This document shows, piece by piece, positions 40,893 through 59,363 of a DNA stretch of 63,862 nt. Numbering within the stretch: the stretch's first letter is position 1; each line of letters opens with the position of its first letter. Position numbers and translations under genes: made by a program. Under the pieces are notes generated by a model, which was given only the letters and a program-made list of their open reading frames with translations, had not been told where the DNA came from and did not search any database. Origin of the DNA: Eledone cirrhosa (lineage: Eukaryota); NCBI GenBank assembly GCA_964016885.1, contig OZ024740.1:211420139-211484000 (forward strand). Reading direction: 5' to 3'.

Positions 40893-40902
<10 letters not shown>
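40728..40902. repeat. ~85-bp-arm fold-back containing a hammerhead 3' half
   Basis: Centre GTACCAAAACTTT-ACC-AAAGTTTTGGTAC; minus strand of the left arm reads CCCTT GAAA TATATA TA. Confidence 0.8.
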
Positions 40903-40953
<51 letters not shown>

Positions 40954-41289
40954 TTAACGAGATATCGTTTAAGGTAATCGAAGTAGAGGTTATGATTACT
41001 CTGTATGGAGAATAGTTTGGCGTTGTTTGACTCAGCAAGAAGTTTCCTTAGTTGGGTGGATGATTCAAGACAGTTCCTAGGTAAGTGGTTCTTGGAGTAA
41101 TAATAGTAAAAGAGTGAAGAGTAACATGGTCGGCTGTACAATAGGGTTTAAAGTATTAACAATTGTTTCATTAGTCCGGTGTGTCTAAAAAGCGAACAAC
41201 TTATATATATGTGTGGGTGTGGGTGTGTGGGTATGTATGTGTGTGTGGGTGTATGGGTGCGTGTGTGTGGTGTGTGTGTATGTGGGGGG

Positions 41290-41721
41290 CGTTCAACGCT
41301 CCACTGATACTATCAATCTACCAGCCTAACAATAGTTATAATTATTGTTTCTACTTTAGGCACAAGGCCAGCAATTACCCAGTGTATTACTGGTACTTTA
41401 TTTTATCGACCCCGTAAGGATGAAAGGCAAAGTCAACCTCGGCGGGATTTGAACTCAGATCGTAAAGGGACGTAACTATGCTGAAAAGCATGGCGTCCGA
41501 CCCTTTACCGATACTGCCAATCCACGTTATAATGGTTTATAATTTAAACACAAGCAAGTCATTTTTTGTGGTGTAGTGGTGGTGGTGGTGGTGGTGTTAG
41601 TGGTGGTGGTGGTGATGATGGTGGTGGTGTTGGTAATGGTGGTAGTGGTGGTGGTAGTGGTGGTGGTGGTGGTGGTGGTGGTGGAGTGGTGGTAGTGGTG
41701 GAGTGGTGGTGATACTGAGGG

Positions 41722-41752
<31 letters not shown>

Positions 41753-41930
41753 GGAAAGAGAGAGAAAGATATAAGGGAAGAATTGACCCCAGTACTAGAC
41801 TGGTATTTTTTTCCTCAATCTCAAAAGTATAAAAAGTAAAGTTGACCTTGGCAGGATTTGATCTCAGAATACAGAGAGCCAGAATAAATACTGCCAGGCA
41901 TTCTAAGAGCTCTGCCCATTTACCACCTCA
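41290..41930 (-). mobile_element. SINE family A copies separated by a (GGT)n tract
   Basis: Family core at 41345-41525 and 41775-41930. Confidence 0.75.
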
Positions 41931-41959
41931 AAAATGATGTACTAGATATCTATACTCCA

Positions 41960-42302
41960 ACTAGCTGGCTTCGTACCGTCAAAAATGAGGGCTAATTGTA
42001 ATATATATACATAATATAAAAAAGAGATGTTTGTTTGTTGGTTGGTTGGTTCCTTCGTGCTCACTCACACAAGTGGTACAAACATACAAACACACAGCTG
42101 TGACGAATCATAGAGCACTGGACTTCTTTAGTTTCTCACCCCACCTTCCTCAGTCATCATATAGTGTGTGTATTAGACACCCTTTCCTTCCTCAGTCAAT
42201 GTAATCACCCCTTCCTTCCTCAGTCGATGTAATAATCCCTTCTGTCCTCAGTCATCTCTAGTGTGTGATGGACAAATACACAAGGCTATTATATTAGTAG
42301 AT
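41960..42302 (-). mobile_element. Possible non-autonomous Helitron
   Basis: Minus 5' end TCTACTAATATAATAG; 3' end with imperfect hairpin plus CTAG-T. Confidence 0.35.
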
Positions 42303-43889
42303 TGGTGTTGCAGTTGTTGTTGCAGCAATGTTTTTTCTTTTTTTTTTCCTACACTGGGATTGTCGTTTGGAGGCCTTAAAGCAGACATTGTAAACCAATG
42401 AAACATCAATTAAAGTGTTACTTCCTCAACTACAGCGATGACACTTTAATTGTAGTGAAGCTGGCATCTGTTCCGACAATAAATTATACTTAGAAATGTA
42501 TGCAAGTGAATTAATGCAAAACAAACAACAAAAACACAACAAATTATCTTCATTACACACATCATCATCATTTTTATGTCCATCTTTGCATGGGTTGGAT
42601 GGGTCCGTTTCAGCACAACACCTCTCCACTTCCTGTGTTCCTTCATCATCTCCTCTGTGAGTCTCAGCTATTGGAAGTCAGCTCTCACAACCTCTGCCCA
42701 GGTCTTTCTTAGTCTACCTCTACTGCAACTTCCTTCCACTGGCCTCTCTTCACCCATCAATCAACATCCATGCACATTACATGTCCATACCAACATAGTC
42801 ATCTCTCCTGCACATCACCTCAGATTCCTCTTAAACCCAGTTTCTCCCTCAGTTCATCCAAGCTCTGCCCTTCTTTCACATTTAAGTTGCACATCCAAGA
42901 CACATATACAAAAAAATTCAAGTATTAATTATACTTATGAAAATAAAAGCAAATGTAAAAATTTAATTAATTTTCGAGAGGTAATGATAAAATAGAAAGA
43001 AAAGCTGCAATATTTATATTTATCAGGGACCAAAAGTAAAACTGAGGCCAACTCAGCAAACTACAAAATACTTATCAATGGGCAATTATACCCTTTAGTG
43101 CTTATGTAGACCTTAATAAAATAGGCTTGTGGTCCCTATGTATATCTTAATAAACTATGCTAGTGAATGTAGAATCACTTGATTATCTATCAATACAATG
43201 TATCACTGATGAAATTGCCAACATCTTGGCTTGTCAAATATGGATCTTCTGTTGAAATAATTATGTTCAATAAACAATAAATATCAATAAATATCTAATT
43301 GACAGTAAATAAAAATAAACTCATAGCTATGTTTCCTTTAGTAATAAAAGACTGTTTTCCATCTTCAAATAATCCGTCAGGTAAAGACATATTTTGATTG
43401 TGTAGTCTGTATCATCTCTGCTTGAAAATACTATTGACCTAAGAGTAGCTGATGAAATGAAGCATTCAAGTGGTATTTTAAACTGCAATCATCCCATTTT
43501 TATTATGGGGCATGCTGCTCTAAGATTTAGAATTTAAACTTGTTGTCCAATTTTAAAAGAAGGTCAAGAATTTGTTTAGTGGAATTTTTATAATGAACAA
43601 ATTGAGTGACAGCAAATAACATTCCTCCACTACTTAAAACAGAAAAAAAATTTGAAGTGGTAAACATTTAGGGAAGAAGGGCATTAGAGAAACAAAGATA
43701 TTTCATATCATAATGCAGATTTACACTTGTACTACAACACAAAAATTTGCACGAGCTTCGGCTCATGCAGCAAATTACTCGTACAATGGGGCACTCGTAC
43801 TGCGAGGTTCTAGTGTATATATCGACAGTCGATCGACTTTCGTCAAATCGGACCAACAAAACAATGTTATATATACATATATATAGAGA

Positions 43890-44515
43890 GAAAGATTGTG
43901 TTGGTATGGACATGTAATGCATATGAAGGATAGCAGCTGTATAAAAAGGTGCAGAGCATTCAAAGTCAATAGAATCCTTGGAATGGGGAGACCCAAGAAG
44001 ACTTATAAGAGGTGATAAAAGCCGACCTTGCCCAATTGCACCTCTCAAAGGTGATGACACAGGATCAAGATCTCTGACAATACGCAGTAATACAGAAGAC
44101 CTGATTTCCCATGGGCACAGGCCAAAGAGGAGGTATATGTATAATATGCACCACCACACCTCACCCACTCCAATACATACATCCAATGAAGCCTCCACCC
44201 ACACAGTAAAGTGGTCGTGATGGCGACATGACAAAAGGCGCCCAGCCCAATCTGTTAAGTGGTCATGATGGTGACATGGCCAAAAGCGCCCAGCTCACAC
44301 TGTAAAGTGGTCATGTAGGTGTCACAGCAAAAAGCACCCAGTACTCACTGTAAATGTAGTTGGCGCTAGGAAGGACATCCAGTTATAGAAACCAAGCCAA
44401 AATCAGTCTTATTTGAGCATGACATGGTCACCTGACCTAGCATCGCTCACAACAGGTTAACTCGTCTAACCCATGTTAGTGTAGAAAAATGGACGTTAAA
44501 TGGTGATGATGATGA
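43890..44515 (+). mobile_element. Degraded RTE 3' end and 3' UTR with (ATG)n tail
   Basis: RLCWYGHVM..DSCIKRCR-like coding remnant; UTR shares the ~48-bp repeat with 59715-61150. Confidence 0.65.
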
Positions 44516-44539
44516 TAATATATATATATATATATATAA

Positions 44540-46075
44540 TAACGAAGGAGGTGTGGTAAGGAACCAGATGAACCATAACGCACCAAAGTACTCAATACTT
44601 AGGGTAGTAGAGTGGGTAATAGGAAAAAGTTTAATCCCGACGGCAGAGCTCAAGCTGTTTCGATGGGTATTTCTGAACTAAATTAGAATTTTTAGCGTGG
44701 TAAATAAATAGCCAAACTTTTCAAGGGGTAATTCCTTATATGGGAAGATTGTAGTTGTCAAAAGGATTGGTCAAAATTTCTTGTAAACAAAATTAAATCT
44801 TTCATGGCAGTGGGTGGGAGGTGGGCGTGGCTGACTTGCCTGTAGAACAATGAGGGAGTGGGTGCAGCCGGTCAAGCGTTGAAAGTGAATTCTATACAGC
44901 AAATTCTAAGTAGTGTGTATGAAAATAGGCTAGTAAGGATGCAGGCGACAAAGGATTCTGGACGACTTAGGGGGTGGGACGGTATAGAATAGGTTAATAA
45001 ACTGAGATTAAAAGGTAATAAATAAATTGAAAAAATATATAAAAATAATAAAATTAAATAGTAAAAAGTAATTAAAAAAATTGGTATTGCGTTTTCGGGC
45101 AGTGCTATATATAATTTACTGGTGCTACAAAAGCACGATGGGCTGCCTCGGGGTAGGCAAAAGAGGAAAAAGGAAAAGGAAGAGGAGAGGGAGTGGAAGG
45201 AAGTGATAGGAAGGGATAAAGGGAAGAAGAAAAGAGAAGAAGTACATCTACCTATGTTAGCTGGGGTTTCCTCTATCTTGTTTGGCAAGTGGGGAAAAGA
45301 AGGAGGTTGCAGCCATTGTCTACCCACCCGGGTCATGAAGGGGTTTGAGGGTGAGGTAAGTCCTACGCAATCAGTGTTTACATTCAGTTACAAGTTCGTC
45401 TTTTTTGTTTAGGAGTTGGTCCTTCGTAAACAGCATTTGTAATGTTTCCTCCGAGTATAAGTTACACGGACGGCGTCCTCCCGTGTAGGAGTTAGCCCTG
45501 GACAGTAGCTCCAAGTAAGATTATATGTTATGTTATTATCATGGAGGTCCCAGATGTGGCCCAAGAGTGTAGTGGCATGTGACCGGGCAGGGTTTCAGAA
45601 CGTATGTCGGTGTTGGTAGAGCTGGGTCTTAAAGTCACAAGCGGTTAATCCTATTGGAGGTTTCCGTCCTCATGTTGCATTGGTAGATCACGTTACGTTC
45701 TCGGCATCTGTTGTTGAGGCGGTACGTAGATCTCTCAGAGCAGTTACACCTCCTGGTCGGCTCTCCACTAATGTCTAGGTTGTTTCTTCCATAGGGGTAT
45801 AGTTTCTCGTTGTTTGAGGAAGCGATGTTTTGTGCGAAGCTGGGTGTGGTGCTGTAGGAGAGTTTGATAGTGTTTTTGTTGATTATGTTGTGGTAGCTGT
45901 GTTGTGGTGGGAAGTGTTTTTCGAGGAGCCTAAAGAAGATTTTCCCGATGGGTGTTGCCACCTCGGCATTGTGGGGAGGGTTGAGGGTCTGGTTGTAATG
46001 AGGCGCATGTTCATTGAATACCTGCTCATTAGCGGACAAATGGGAGGAAACATTACAAATGCTGTTTACGAAGGA
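44540..46075 (-). mobile_element. 5'-truncated Penelope-like element with short inverted 5' segment
   Basis: FPPQHSYHNIINKNTIKLSYS..CNC..C..NVIYQC; 46043-46074 is the reverse complement of 45421-45452. Confidence 0.85.
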
Positions 46076-46922
46076 TTAAACTTTTTCATATATATATATA
46101 TATATTTATATTAAATAAGCGACAGGAATTAATTATATCATGTAATCATAAATTGAGAAGAACTTTTAAATATTATAAACCTAATTAATATACACTTTAC
46201 AAATTATTATAATAACATTTTTTTAAAATTAGTTAACCTATAATTAATATTCTACTACTAATGAACTGCATAATTTTATTTCCCTTTTACAGCTATCTTT
46301 TCCTAAAATTTATACCAATAAGTATACATATAAACTATTTTAATTTCAGGTTATGAATCTATATTCCTTATAATCTATATAAATTTGTTATTTCTCACTA
46401 ATAAATTTATACCCCCCCCCCAATAATAATTATTATTATTTTTTTATTTTCCCATCGTTTTTAACAGCATTCTTCAATTACATCTAACTCTTATTTATCA
46501 TATCTATATGAATTAATATAAATTTATCAATATAAATATACCTATCAATTTAATTAATTTCTTTTCTTTTTATAGATGTAAATTCCTTATGTTTTAAATA
46601 AGATTGATATTTTTCACTAACACATTTATCGTAAAATTTTATTCTCCTTAGATATTTACATTAGCATTATTCTTTTATAACTTCAAATTTTCGTGTACCT
46701 TTTACCGACTTGACCTATTTTCATCCCCAAAACAATCTTTTCATTCATTATACTCTTTCCATTCAAAACTGAAATCTGCCTTCCTCTACTCCTAAATTAA
46801 AGTTCCATTACTACTATTCTACCATCTTGACCACTTACTACCTTTCTATTGGTCAATTCAAAACCTGTTCCCAAACAGACCTATTATATTAAATCTTTGT
46901 TGTTTTTTTTCAATAAACAAAT

Positions 46923-47059
46923 ATCATTATTTCTGAAGACAGCATATATATGTGTAGGTATGTATATTCCCTCTGATAGTTTGTAAACATTTTACATAGA
47001 TCTATATGATATACATACCAACACACACATATATATCCTAGAAACGATCGTAAAATGAT
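46923..47059 (+). ncRNA. Type I hammerhead with a very long stem II
   Basis: ATCATTATTT CTGAAGA..(ATATATATGTGT/ACACATATATAT, GGTATGTATAT/ATATACATACC)..GAAA CGATCG TA AAATGAT, in an AT-rich tail at 46120-47240. Confidence 0.65.
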
Positions 47060-47268
47060 GAATTTTTTAATATAAGGACTGTTTCTTTGTTTTTATTCAT
47101 TATTTTTATTAATTTATCTTGACTCTGTTTTCCTGTGTTTTTCATCGCAAAAAAATGTTTGAATACATCTCTTTTCATGATATTCGGATTACATTGAGTT
47201 CTTCATACGGATTGGACACTACCGTACATTTTGTTAGATTTATCTACATATATATATTTATATATATA

Positions 47269-47357
<89 letters not shown>

Positions 47358-47483
47358 TACTTTGGGAGGGTCATGTTGCCAATAAGTATAACAATATCGG
47401 TTTCAACACACGTTTTCAGATAAAGAATCTTGCTAAACAAATTCAGAAACGATATATATATATATATATATTTTATATATATA

Positions 47484-48326
<843 letters not shown>

Positions 48327-48520
48327 CCCGAGTTCAGTTTTTTTTCGTCGATTTGGTCGCTGCGGCTCATCTATCGGTCGCTGTCTTCAATTTGCAAAGC
48401 TGTCTAAACGTAATGTTATAACTCTAAGGTAATATACCTTATTGAGTGCTTAGCTGCACATCCCAACTGCATTTGTTAGCTTAGTTGCAACCAGAACTTC
48501 GATGATGCTGTACTAAATTT

Positions 48521-51300
<2,780 letters not shown>

Positions 51301-51417
51301 TTATAAGGGTGTGGTTGAGTAGGAAAGCTTCACCGCGTGCCTGTTGAATATTTTATGGTACTTGTGGGCCCTAGGGAAACATTTATCCAGTACTCAAGAG
51401 TGTTCTATATATATATT

Positions 51418-51760
51418 ACGGAGGCACATGGCTTAGTGGTTCGAGCATCGGTCTTGCAATCGAAAGGTTGTGAGTTCAATTCTCAGACCAGGTGATGTGT
51501 TATTTCCTTGATCAAGACACTTTATTTCACATTGCTCCAGTTTACTCAGCTGTAGAAATGAGATGATAGGGACTGGGGTCCATATTATTCCACTGCAAAG
51601 TGGTCGTGGAGGTGCCACGGCAAAAAAGCACCCAGCACTCACTGTAAATGAGGTTGGTGTGAGGAAGGGCATCCAGCTGTAGAAATCAAGTCAGAATCAG
51701 TTCCCGCCCCACCCTTGCAAGCAGGGAAAAGCAGACGTAAAATGATGATGATGATGATGA
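51418..51760 (+). mobile_element. tRNA-derived SINE (same family as 28668-29065)
   Basis: Near-identical sequence with (ATG)n tail. Confidence 0.8.
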
Positions 51761-51994
51761 TATACAAAGGGTTTAGAAATACAAAAAAGAAAACCAGTGA
51801 CTGTAAAATTAAATGTAAAGGACAAAATAATGAGAAATCGAATATCTTACATAATCAATACTCAGCAAATCAGGAAAGCATGGAAATAGTTAATAAAATA
51901 TTTTATCAGAAAAGAGGTTCTGGTAGAGTTTGGAGATGGGGGTGCTTAAGTATATATATACTGTACATGCATGTTCTTATTATTAGTTCACACT

Positions 51995-54580
51995 AGGGTG
52001 ACGGATTGACAGTAATCGGTAGAGCTTCGGACAACATGCTTTGTGGCATATAGTTACATCCCTTTATGTTCTGAGTTCAAATCCTTACAGCGTTGATAAA
52101 ATAAAGTACCAGTGATGCACTGGGGTTGATTTAATCAACTTTCCCTTCCACAAAAAATTGTTGGTCTTGTGCCTAAAGTAGAAAGCAATATTACTAGCTC
52201 ATACTTTTTTATCAGCAATATGAGACTAAGAAAGAAATTAAAACCATGATTATACTAACATATTTAGAGTCAATAGAAAATCAATGTAGTAAAAACCAAG
52301 ATCATTCCACCACTTTCCACATTATTGGAGGGACTTAAGCCCCCAAAGCCCCTTAGCGTTGAGGGGCCTGCAGAGAAGCTCTCTAATGATAGTTGAGACC
52401 CATGACATGAGACTTTTATTAGGAAACTCCCTGCAAAACATGTAATAAAACAAAATGAAAGTGTGCTGACCATGAAAATAAAACCAGAATATTTGGCAGT
52501 ATCGGTAGAGGTTCGGACGTCATGCTTTGACGCATAGAGTTACGGCCCTTTCCACTCTGAGTTCAAATCCTGCCGAGGTCAACTTTGCCTTTCACCCTTA
52601 CGGGGTCGATAAAATAAGGTACCAGTAATGTACTGGTAAATTGTTGGCCTTGTGCCAAAAGTAGAAACAATTATTACTGGTTGTCCAGATAGAGAATAGG
52701 GAGGAGGGGGTCAATTATATCAACCCGTGTATTGTCCTTACATAGAAGAAGGGATATATAAACCAGTAGTATGTACAGAATAGGGAGGAGAGGTCAATTA
52801 TAACAACCCTAGTGTATTACTGGTTGTCGTTACATAGAAGAAGGGATATATAAACCACTAGTATGGCAGGTATCAATTATATCGACCACAATGCATTACT
52901 GGTACTTTATTTTATTGACCTAGGAAGGATGAAAGGCAAAGTTGACCTCGGTGGGATTTGAACTCAGAATGTAAAGGGCCATGACAAAATGCCACAAAGC
53001 AATTTGTCTGATGCTCTAATGATTCAGCTAATCCCCCGCCCTAATAATAATAATTGTTTCTACTTTAGGCACAAGGCCAGAAATTTAAAGGGGAGGGGAA
53101 AGCTGATTAATCGACCCCAGTGCATTACTGGTACTTTATTTTATCAAGCTGGTAAGAATGGAAGGCAAAGCTAACCTCCGCAGGATTTGAATTTAGAACG
53201 TAAAGGGATGTAACTATATGCCACAAAAGGTATTGTCTGACACAAAAGATGTTGTCTGACACAAAATATGTTGTCTGATGCTCTAACGATTTGGCCCCAT
53301 CCTAATAATAATAATAATAATAATAATAATTGTTTCTACTTTTGGCACAAGGCCAGCAATTATCCAGTGCATTACTGGTACTTTATTTTATCAACCCCGT
53401 AAGGATGAAAGGCAAAGTCAACCTCGGCGGGATTTGAACTCAGATCATAAAGGGACGTAACAATGTTGGAAAGCATGGCGTCCGACCCTCCACCGATACT
53501 GCCAATCCAAGCAAGAATTAGTGATTAATATTTGCCCTGTCACAAATGACAAGACATCTACATTGATCCTCATTTTAACAATAACTGTCAATCAAGATGA
53601 AATATGTTACCAGAAGATAAAGAATGTTGTAGAGGTTCATACAGCTGTAAATATCTGTCATTGACGTATAGAGTTACGGTCCTTGCCATTCTGAGTTCAA
53701 ATCCCGCCAAGATTAACTTTGCCTTTCATCCTTACAGGGTCGATAAAATAAAGTACCAGTAAATCACTGGGTAATTGCTGGCCTTGTGCCAAACATAGAA
53801 ACAATTAATTAAGAAAGCCATAGATGAAGGAGAACATAGAGGAAGGAACAAGGTGGGAGGATGGGAGAGGAAGGGGAGGGGGAATATGGGTACACCATAT
53901 GGATTAATTATGAGAAAGCTTTTCACAGTGGTTCACATTCGTAAGATTATAGATACATTAACCATGTGTAAGATAATATCTATAGTTGGAAAGTATGTTT
54001 AATATGCCATTAGAAATAGAGAGCAAGTAGTGTGAAAAGACAAAGACGTTTTTAAAATGGCTAACCATCCATCATCAATATGCTAAATAAAACTGGATGC
54101 TGATATTATATATGTACTTTTATATGGACCAGTAACCCCTGACGGAGTCGTTGGGGTGCCATATTGACCTATGGTATTTCTAGGGCATTTTAAAACCTGG
54201 CAGAGCTAATCTCCTCTCCAGGTCTGAATACAGTAGATTTATTCCAGAGAAGGATAGAGAGAATGAGTAAATGGACGTGAGAAAGAGATATAGAGGAAGA
54301 ATTGACCCCAGTACTACACTGGTACTACCCATCTCCTCGCCAGGTCTGAATACAGTAGATTTCTCCCAGAGAAAGATAGAGAGAATGAGAGAATGGAAGT
54401 AAGAAAGAGATATAGAGGAAGAATTGTCCCCAGTATTAGACTGGTACTTTGTTTTATCGTCCTTGAATAGATGAAAGGCAAAGTTGCCCTCAGCGGGATT
54501 TGAACGCAGAGAGCAGAGAGTTGAAACAGATAGCACAAAGCATTCTATCAAGCATTCTAACAACTTTGTCAATTCACTGC
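51995..54580. mobile_element. Cluster of ~7 SINE family A copies in both orientations
   Basis: Family core recurs at ~52075, 52560, 52900, 53130, 53380, 53700 and 54445. Confidence 0.8.
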
Positions 54581-54879
54581 CTAGATATGTACTTTACAGT
54601 GATAACTAACAAACACTTATGTAATGCAGGGACAACTGAAATGATGAGTGCAATCTTCTGATATTTATTTTTAATATCTAATTAGAATTTTATATCAGGG
54701 TCGGCTGAAAAGTTCATAAGCTGACCAAAATACTAGGATTTCCACAAAAATAAATTCAAGTTTCAGAAAATTTACATAGAATCAAGAAAGAGAAAAAAAA
54801 CAAAAGAAAAACAACAAATGCACACATCACCAAAATGGTGGCAATGTGCAGACAACTGACTGGTTGAATTCTGAGGACA

Positions 54880-55330
54880 TTCAGGACAAGAGACTCAGAA
54901 ACCCTGTTGGTCCTCAGCCGACTGGACTATTGTTCTGGAGAGATACACAGTGATATACATATGGAAGATCCTGGAAGGGTTAGCACCAAACTTCAGCATT
55001 GAAGGCAGGACCAGCCCATGAACATGAGGTCACTGTGTAGTGCCAAAGCTCCCATTTGTCGCACTGAGAATAAGGTCCACATACTACAATAGCCTGGGGT
55101 TCAAGGGACCCCAGCTTTTTATCAAGCTGCTAAAATATCTGAGAGATCTACATGGTGTGCATGTAGATGTTTTCAAGAGACATCACAACATTCTACTGAC
55201 CAAGATGCCGGATGAACCCACAGCACGAGGTGAAGCACAAACAAGAGCAGCAACAACAAACTCCCTTTTAAACCAATGTCCAACCAGTGAGGGCTGGCTA
55301 TAGATAGTGTAACATCAATGGTTGTGCCCC
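54880..55330 (+). mobile_element. CR1/L2-group LINE 3' fragment
   Basis: LDYCS..NSLGFKGPQLF..LRDLHG..VDVFKRH...LTKMPDEP. Confidence 0.6.
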
Positions 55331-55429
55331 AGCATGGTCTCAGCACTGTGGCTGGAACACAAATAAAATAAAATAATAAAATAAAGAATCAAATGACTCC
55401 AAACTAAATCAAAAATAGTTTTACAAATA

Positions 55430-55635
55430 CAAGGGTCGGCTGAAAAATCCATAGGCTGAAAAGTCAATAGGATGAAATGTCTATAGGCGGTAAAGTCCAT
55501 AGGTGGAAAAGTCCATAGGTGGAAAAGTCCATAGGTAGAAAAGTCCATATGCTGATAAGTCAATAGATGGAAAAGTTCATAGACTAATCAAGATACTCTC
55601 ATGGAATGACAAAATAAAGTTTATTTTACAAAATT
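55430..55635 (+). mobile_element. Mariner-like terminus with an expanded 16-bp repeat
   Basis: AGGGTCGGCTGAAAA.. followed by about 9 degenerate GGTGGAAAAGTCCATA units. Confidence 0.5.
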
Positions 55636-55649
55636 GTCCTTGGAAAGAA

Positions 55650-58600
55650 ACTGTTATACAATAGTGTTATACAATACTGTTATAACAATACTGTTATACA
55701 ATACTGTCATACAATACTGTTATACAATACTGTTATACAATACTGTTGTACAATACTGTCATACAATACTGTTATACAATACTGTTATACAATACTGTTA
55801 TGACAATACTGTTATACAATACTGTTATACAATACTGTTATACAATACTGTTATACAATACTGTTATACAATACTGTTATACAATACTGTTATACAATAC
55901 TGTTATACAATACTGTTATACAATACCGTTATACAATACCGTTATGACAATACTGTTATACAATACTGTTATACAATACTGTTATACAATACTGTTATAC
56001 AATACTGTTATACAATACTGTTATACAATACTGTTATACAATACTGTTATACAATACTGTTATACAATACTGTTATACAATACTGTTATGACAATACTGT
56101 TATGACAATACTGTTATGACAATACTGTTATACAATACTGTTATACAATACTGTTATACAATACTGTTATACAATACTGTTATACAATACTGTTATACAA
56201 TACTGTTATACAATACTGTTATACAATACTGTTATACAATACCGTTATACAATACCGTTATGACAATACTGTTATACAATACTGTTATACAATACTGTTA
56301 TACAATACTGTTATACAATACTGTTATACAATACTGTTATACAATACTGTTATACAATACTGTTATACAATACTGTCATACAATACTGTTATAACAATAC
56401 TGTTATACAATACTGTTATGACAATACTGTCATACAATACTGTTATACAATACTGTTATACAATACTGTTATACAATACTGTTATACACTACTGTCATAC
56501 AATACTGTTATACAATACTGTTATGACAATACTGTTATACACTACTGTTATACAATACTGTTATGACAATACTGTCATACAATACTGTTATACAATACTG
56601 TCATACAATACTGTTATACAATACTGTCATACAATACTGTTATACAATACTGTTATACAATACTGTTATACAATACTGTTATGACAATACTGTTATGACA
56701 ATACTGTTATACAATACTGTCATACAATACTGTTATACAATACTGTTATACAATACTGTTATACAATACTGTTATACAATACTGTCATACAATACTGTTA
56801 TACAATACTGTCATACAATACTGTTATACAATACTGTTATAACAATACTGTTATACAATACTGTCATACAATACTGTTATACAATATTGTTATACAATAC
56901 TGTTATACAATACTGTTATACAATACTGTTATGACAATACTGTTATACACTACTGTCATACAATACTGTTATACAATACTGTTATGACAATACTGTTATA
57001 CACTACTGTCATACAATACTGTTATACAATACTGTTATACAATACTGTTATGACAATACTGTTATACACTACTGTCATACAATACTGTTATACAATACTG
57101 TTATGACAATACTGTTATACACTACTGTCATACAATACTGTTATACAATAATGTTATACAATACTGTTATACAATACTGTTATAACAATATTGTTATACA
57201 CTACTGTCATACAATACTGTTATACAATACGGTTATGACAATACTGTTATACACTACTGCCATACAATACTGTTATACAATACTGTTATACAATACTGTT
57301 ATGACAATACTGTCATACAATACTGTTATACAATACTGTTATACAATACTGTTATACAATACTGTTATGACAATACTGTTATGACAATACTGTTATACAA
57401 TACTGTCATACAATACTGTTATACAATACTGTTATACAATATTGTTATACAATATTGTTATACAATACTGTTATACAATACTGTTATACAATACTGTCAT
57501 ACAATACTGTTATACAATACTGTCATACAATACTGTTATACAATACTGTTATAACAATACTGTTATACACTACTGTCATACAATACTGTTATACAATACT
57601 GTTATGACAATACTGTTATACACTACTGTCATACAATACTGTTATACAATACTGTTATACAATACTGTTATGACAATACTGTTATACACTACTGTCATAC
57701 AATACTGTTATACAATACTGTTATACAATACTGTTATGACAATACTGTTATACACTACTGTCATACAATACTGTTATACAATACTGTTATGACAATACTG
57801 TTATACACTACTGTCATACAATACTGTTATACAATAATGTTATACAATACTGTTATACAATACTGTTATAACAATATTGTTATACACTACTGTCATACAA
57901 TACTGTTATACAATACTGTTATGACAATACTGTTATACACTACTGCCATACAATACTGTTATACAATACTGTTATACAATACTGTTATACAATACTGTTA
58001 TGACAATACTGTTATACACTACTGTCATACAATACTGTTATACAATACTGTTATGACAATACTGTTATACACTACTGTCATACACTACTGTTATACAATA
58101 CTGTTATACAATACTGTTATGACAATACTGTTATACACTACTGTCATACAATACTGTTATGACAATACTGTTATACAATACTGTTATAACAATACTGTTA
58201 TACAATACTGTTATAACAATATTGTTATACACTACTGTCATACAATACTGTTATACAATACTGTTATACAATACTGTTATACAATACTGTTATGACAATA
58301 CTGTTATACACTACTGTCATACAATACTGTTATACAATACTGTTATAACAATACTGTTATACAATACTGTTATAACAATATTGTTATACACTACTGTCAT
58401 ACAATACTGTTATACAATACTGTTATACAATACTGTTATGACAATACTGTTATACACTACTGTCATACAATACTGTTATACAATACTGTTATGACAATAC
58501 TGTTATACACTACTGTCATACAATACTGTTATACAATAATGTTATACAATACTGTTATACAATACTGTTATAACAATATTGTTATACACTACTGTCATAC

Positions 58601-59363
58601 AATACTGTTATACAATACTGTTATGACAATACTGTTATACACTACTGCCATACAATACTGTTATACAATACTGTTATGACAATACTGTTATACACTACTG
58701 TCATACAATACTGTTATACAATACTGTTATGACAATACTGTTATACACTACTGTCATACAATACTGTTATAACAATACTGTTATGACAGTACTGTTATGA
58801 CAGTACTGTTATACAATACTGTTATGACAATACTGTTATACAATACTGTTATACAATACTGTTATACAATACTGTTATACAATTCTGTTATACAATTCTG
58901 TTATACAATACTGTTATGACAATACTGTTACACAATACTGTTATACAATACTGTTATACAATACTGTTATACAATACTGTTATGACAATACTGTTATGAC
59001 AATACTGTTATACAATACTGTTATACAATACTGTTATACAATACTGTTATACAATACTGTTATACAATTCTGTTATACAATTCTGTTATACAATACTGTT
59101 ATGACAATACTGTTATACAATACTGTTATACAATACTGTTATACAATACTGTTATACAATACTGTTATACAATACTGTCATACAATACTGTTATAACAAT
59201 ACTGTTATACAATGCTGTTATACAATACTGTTATACAATACTGTTATACAATACTGTCATACAATACTGTTATAACAATACTGTTATACAATGCTGTTAT
59301 ACAATACTGTTATACAATGCTGTTATACAATACTGTTATACAATACTGTTATACAATACTGTT
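55650..59363. repeat. 13-bp satellite (ATACAATACTGTT)n, ~280 units with 14-bp variants
   Basis: Direct observation; ORFs show the 13-aa period YNTVIQYCYTILL. Confidence 0.98.
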
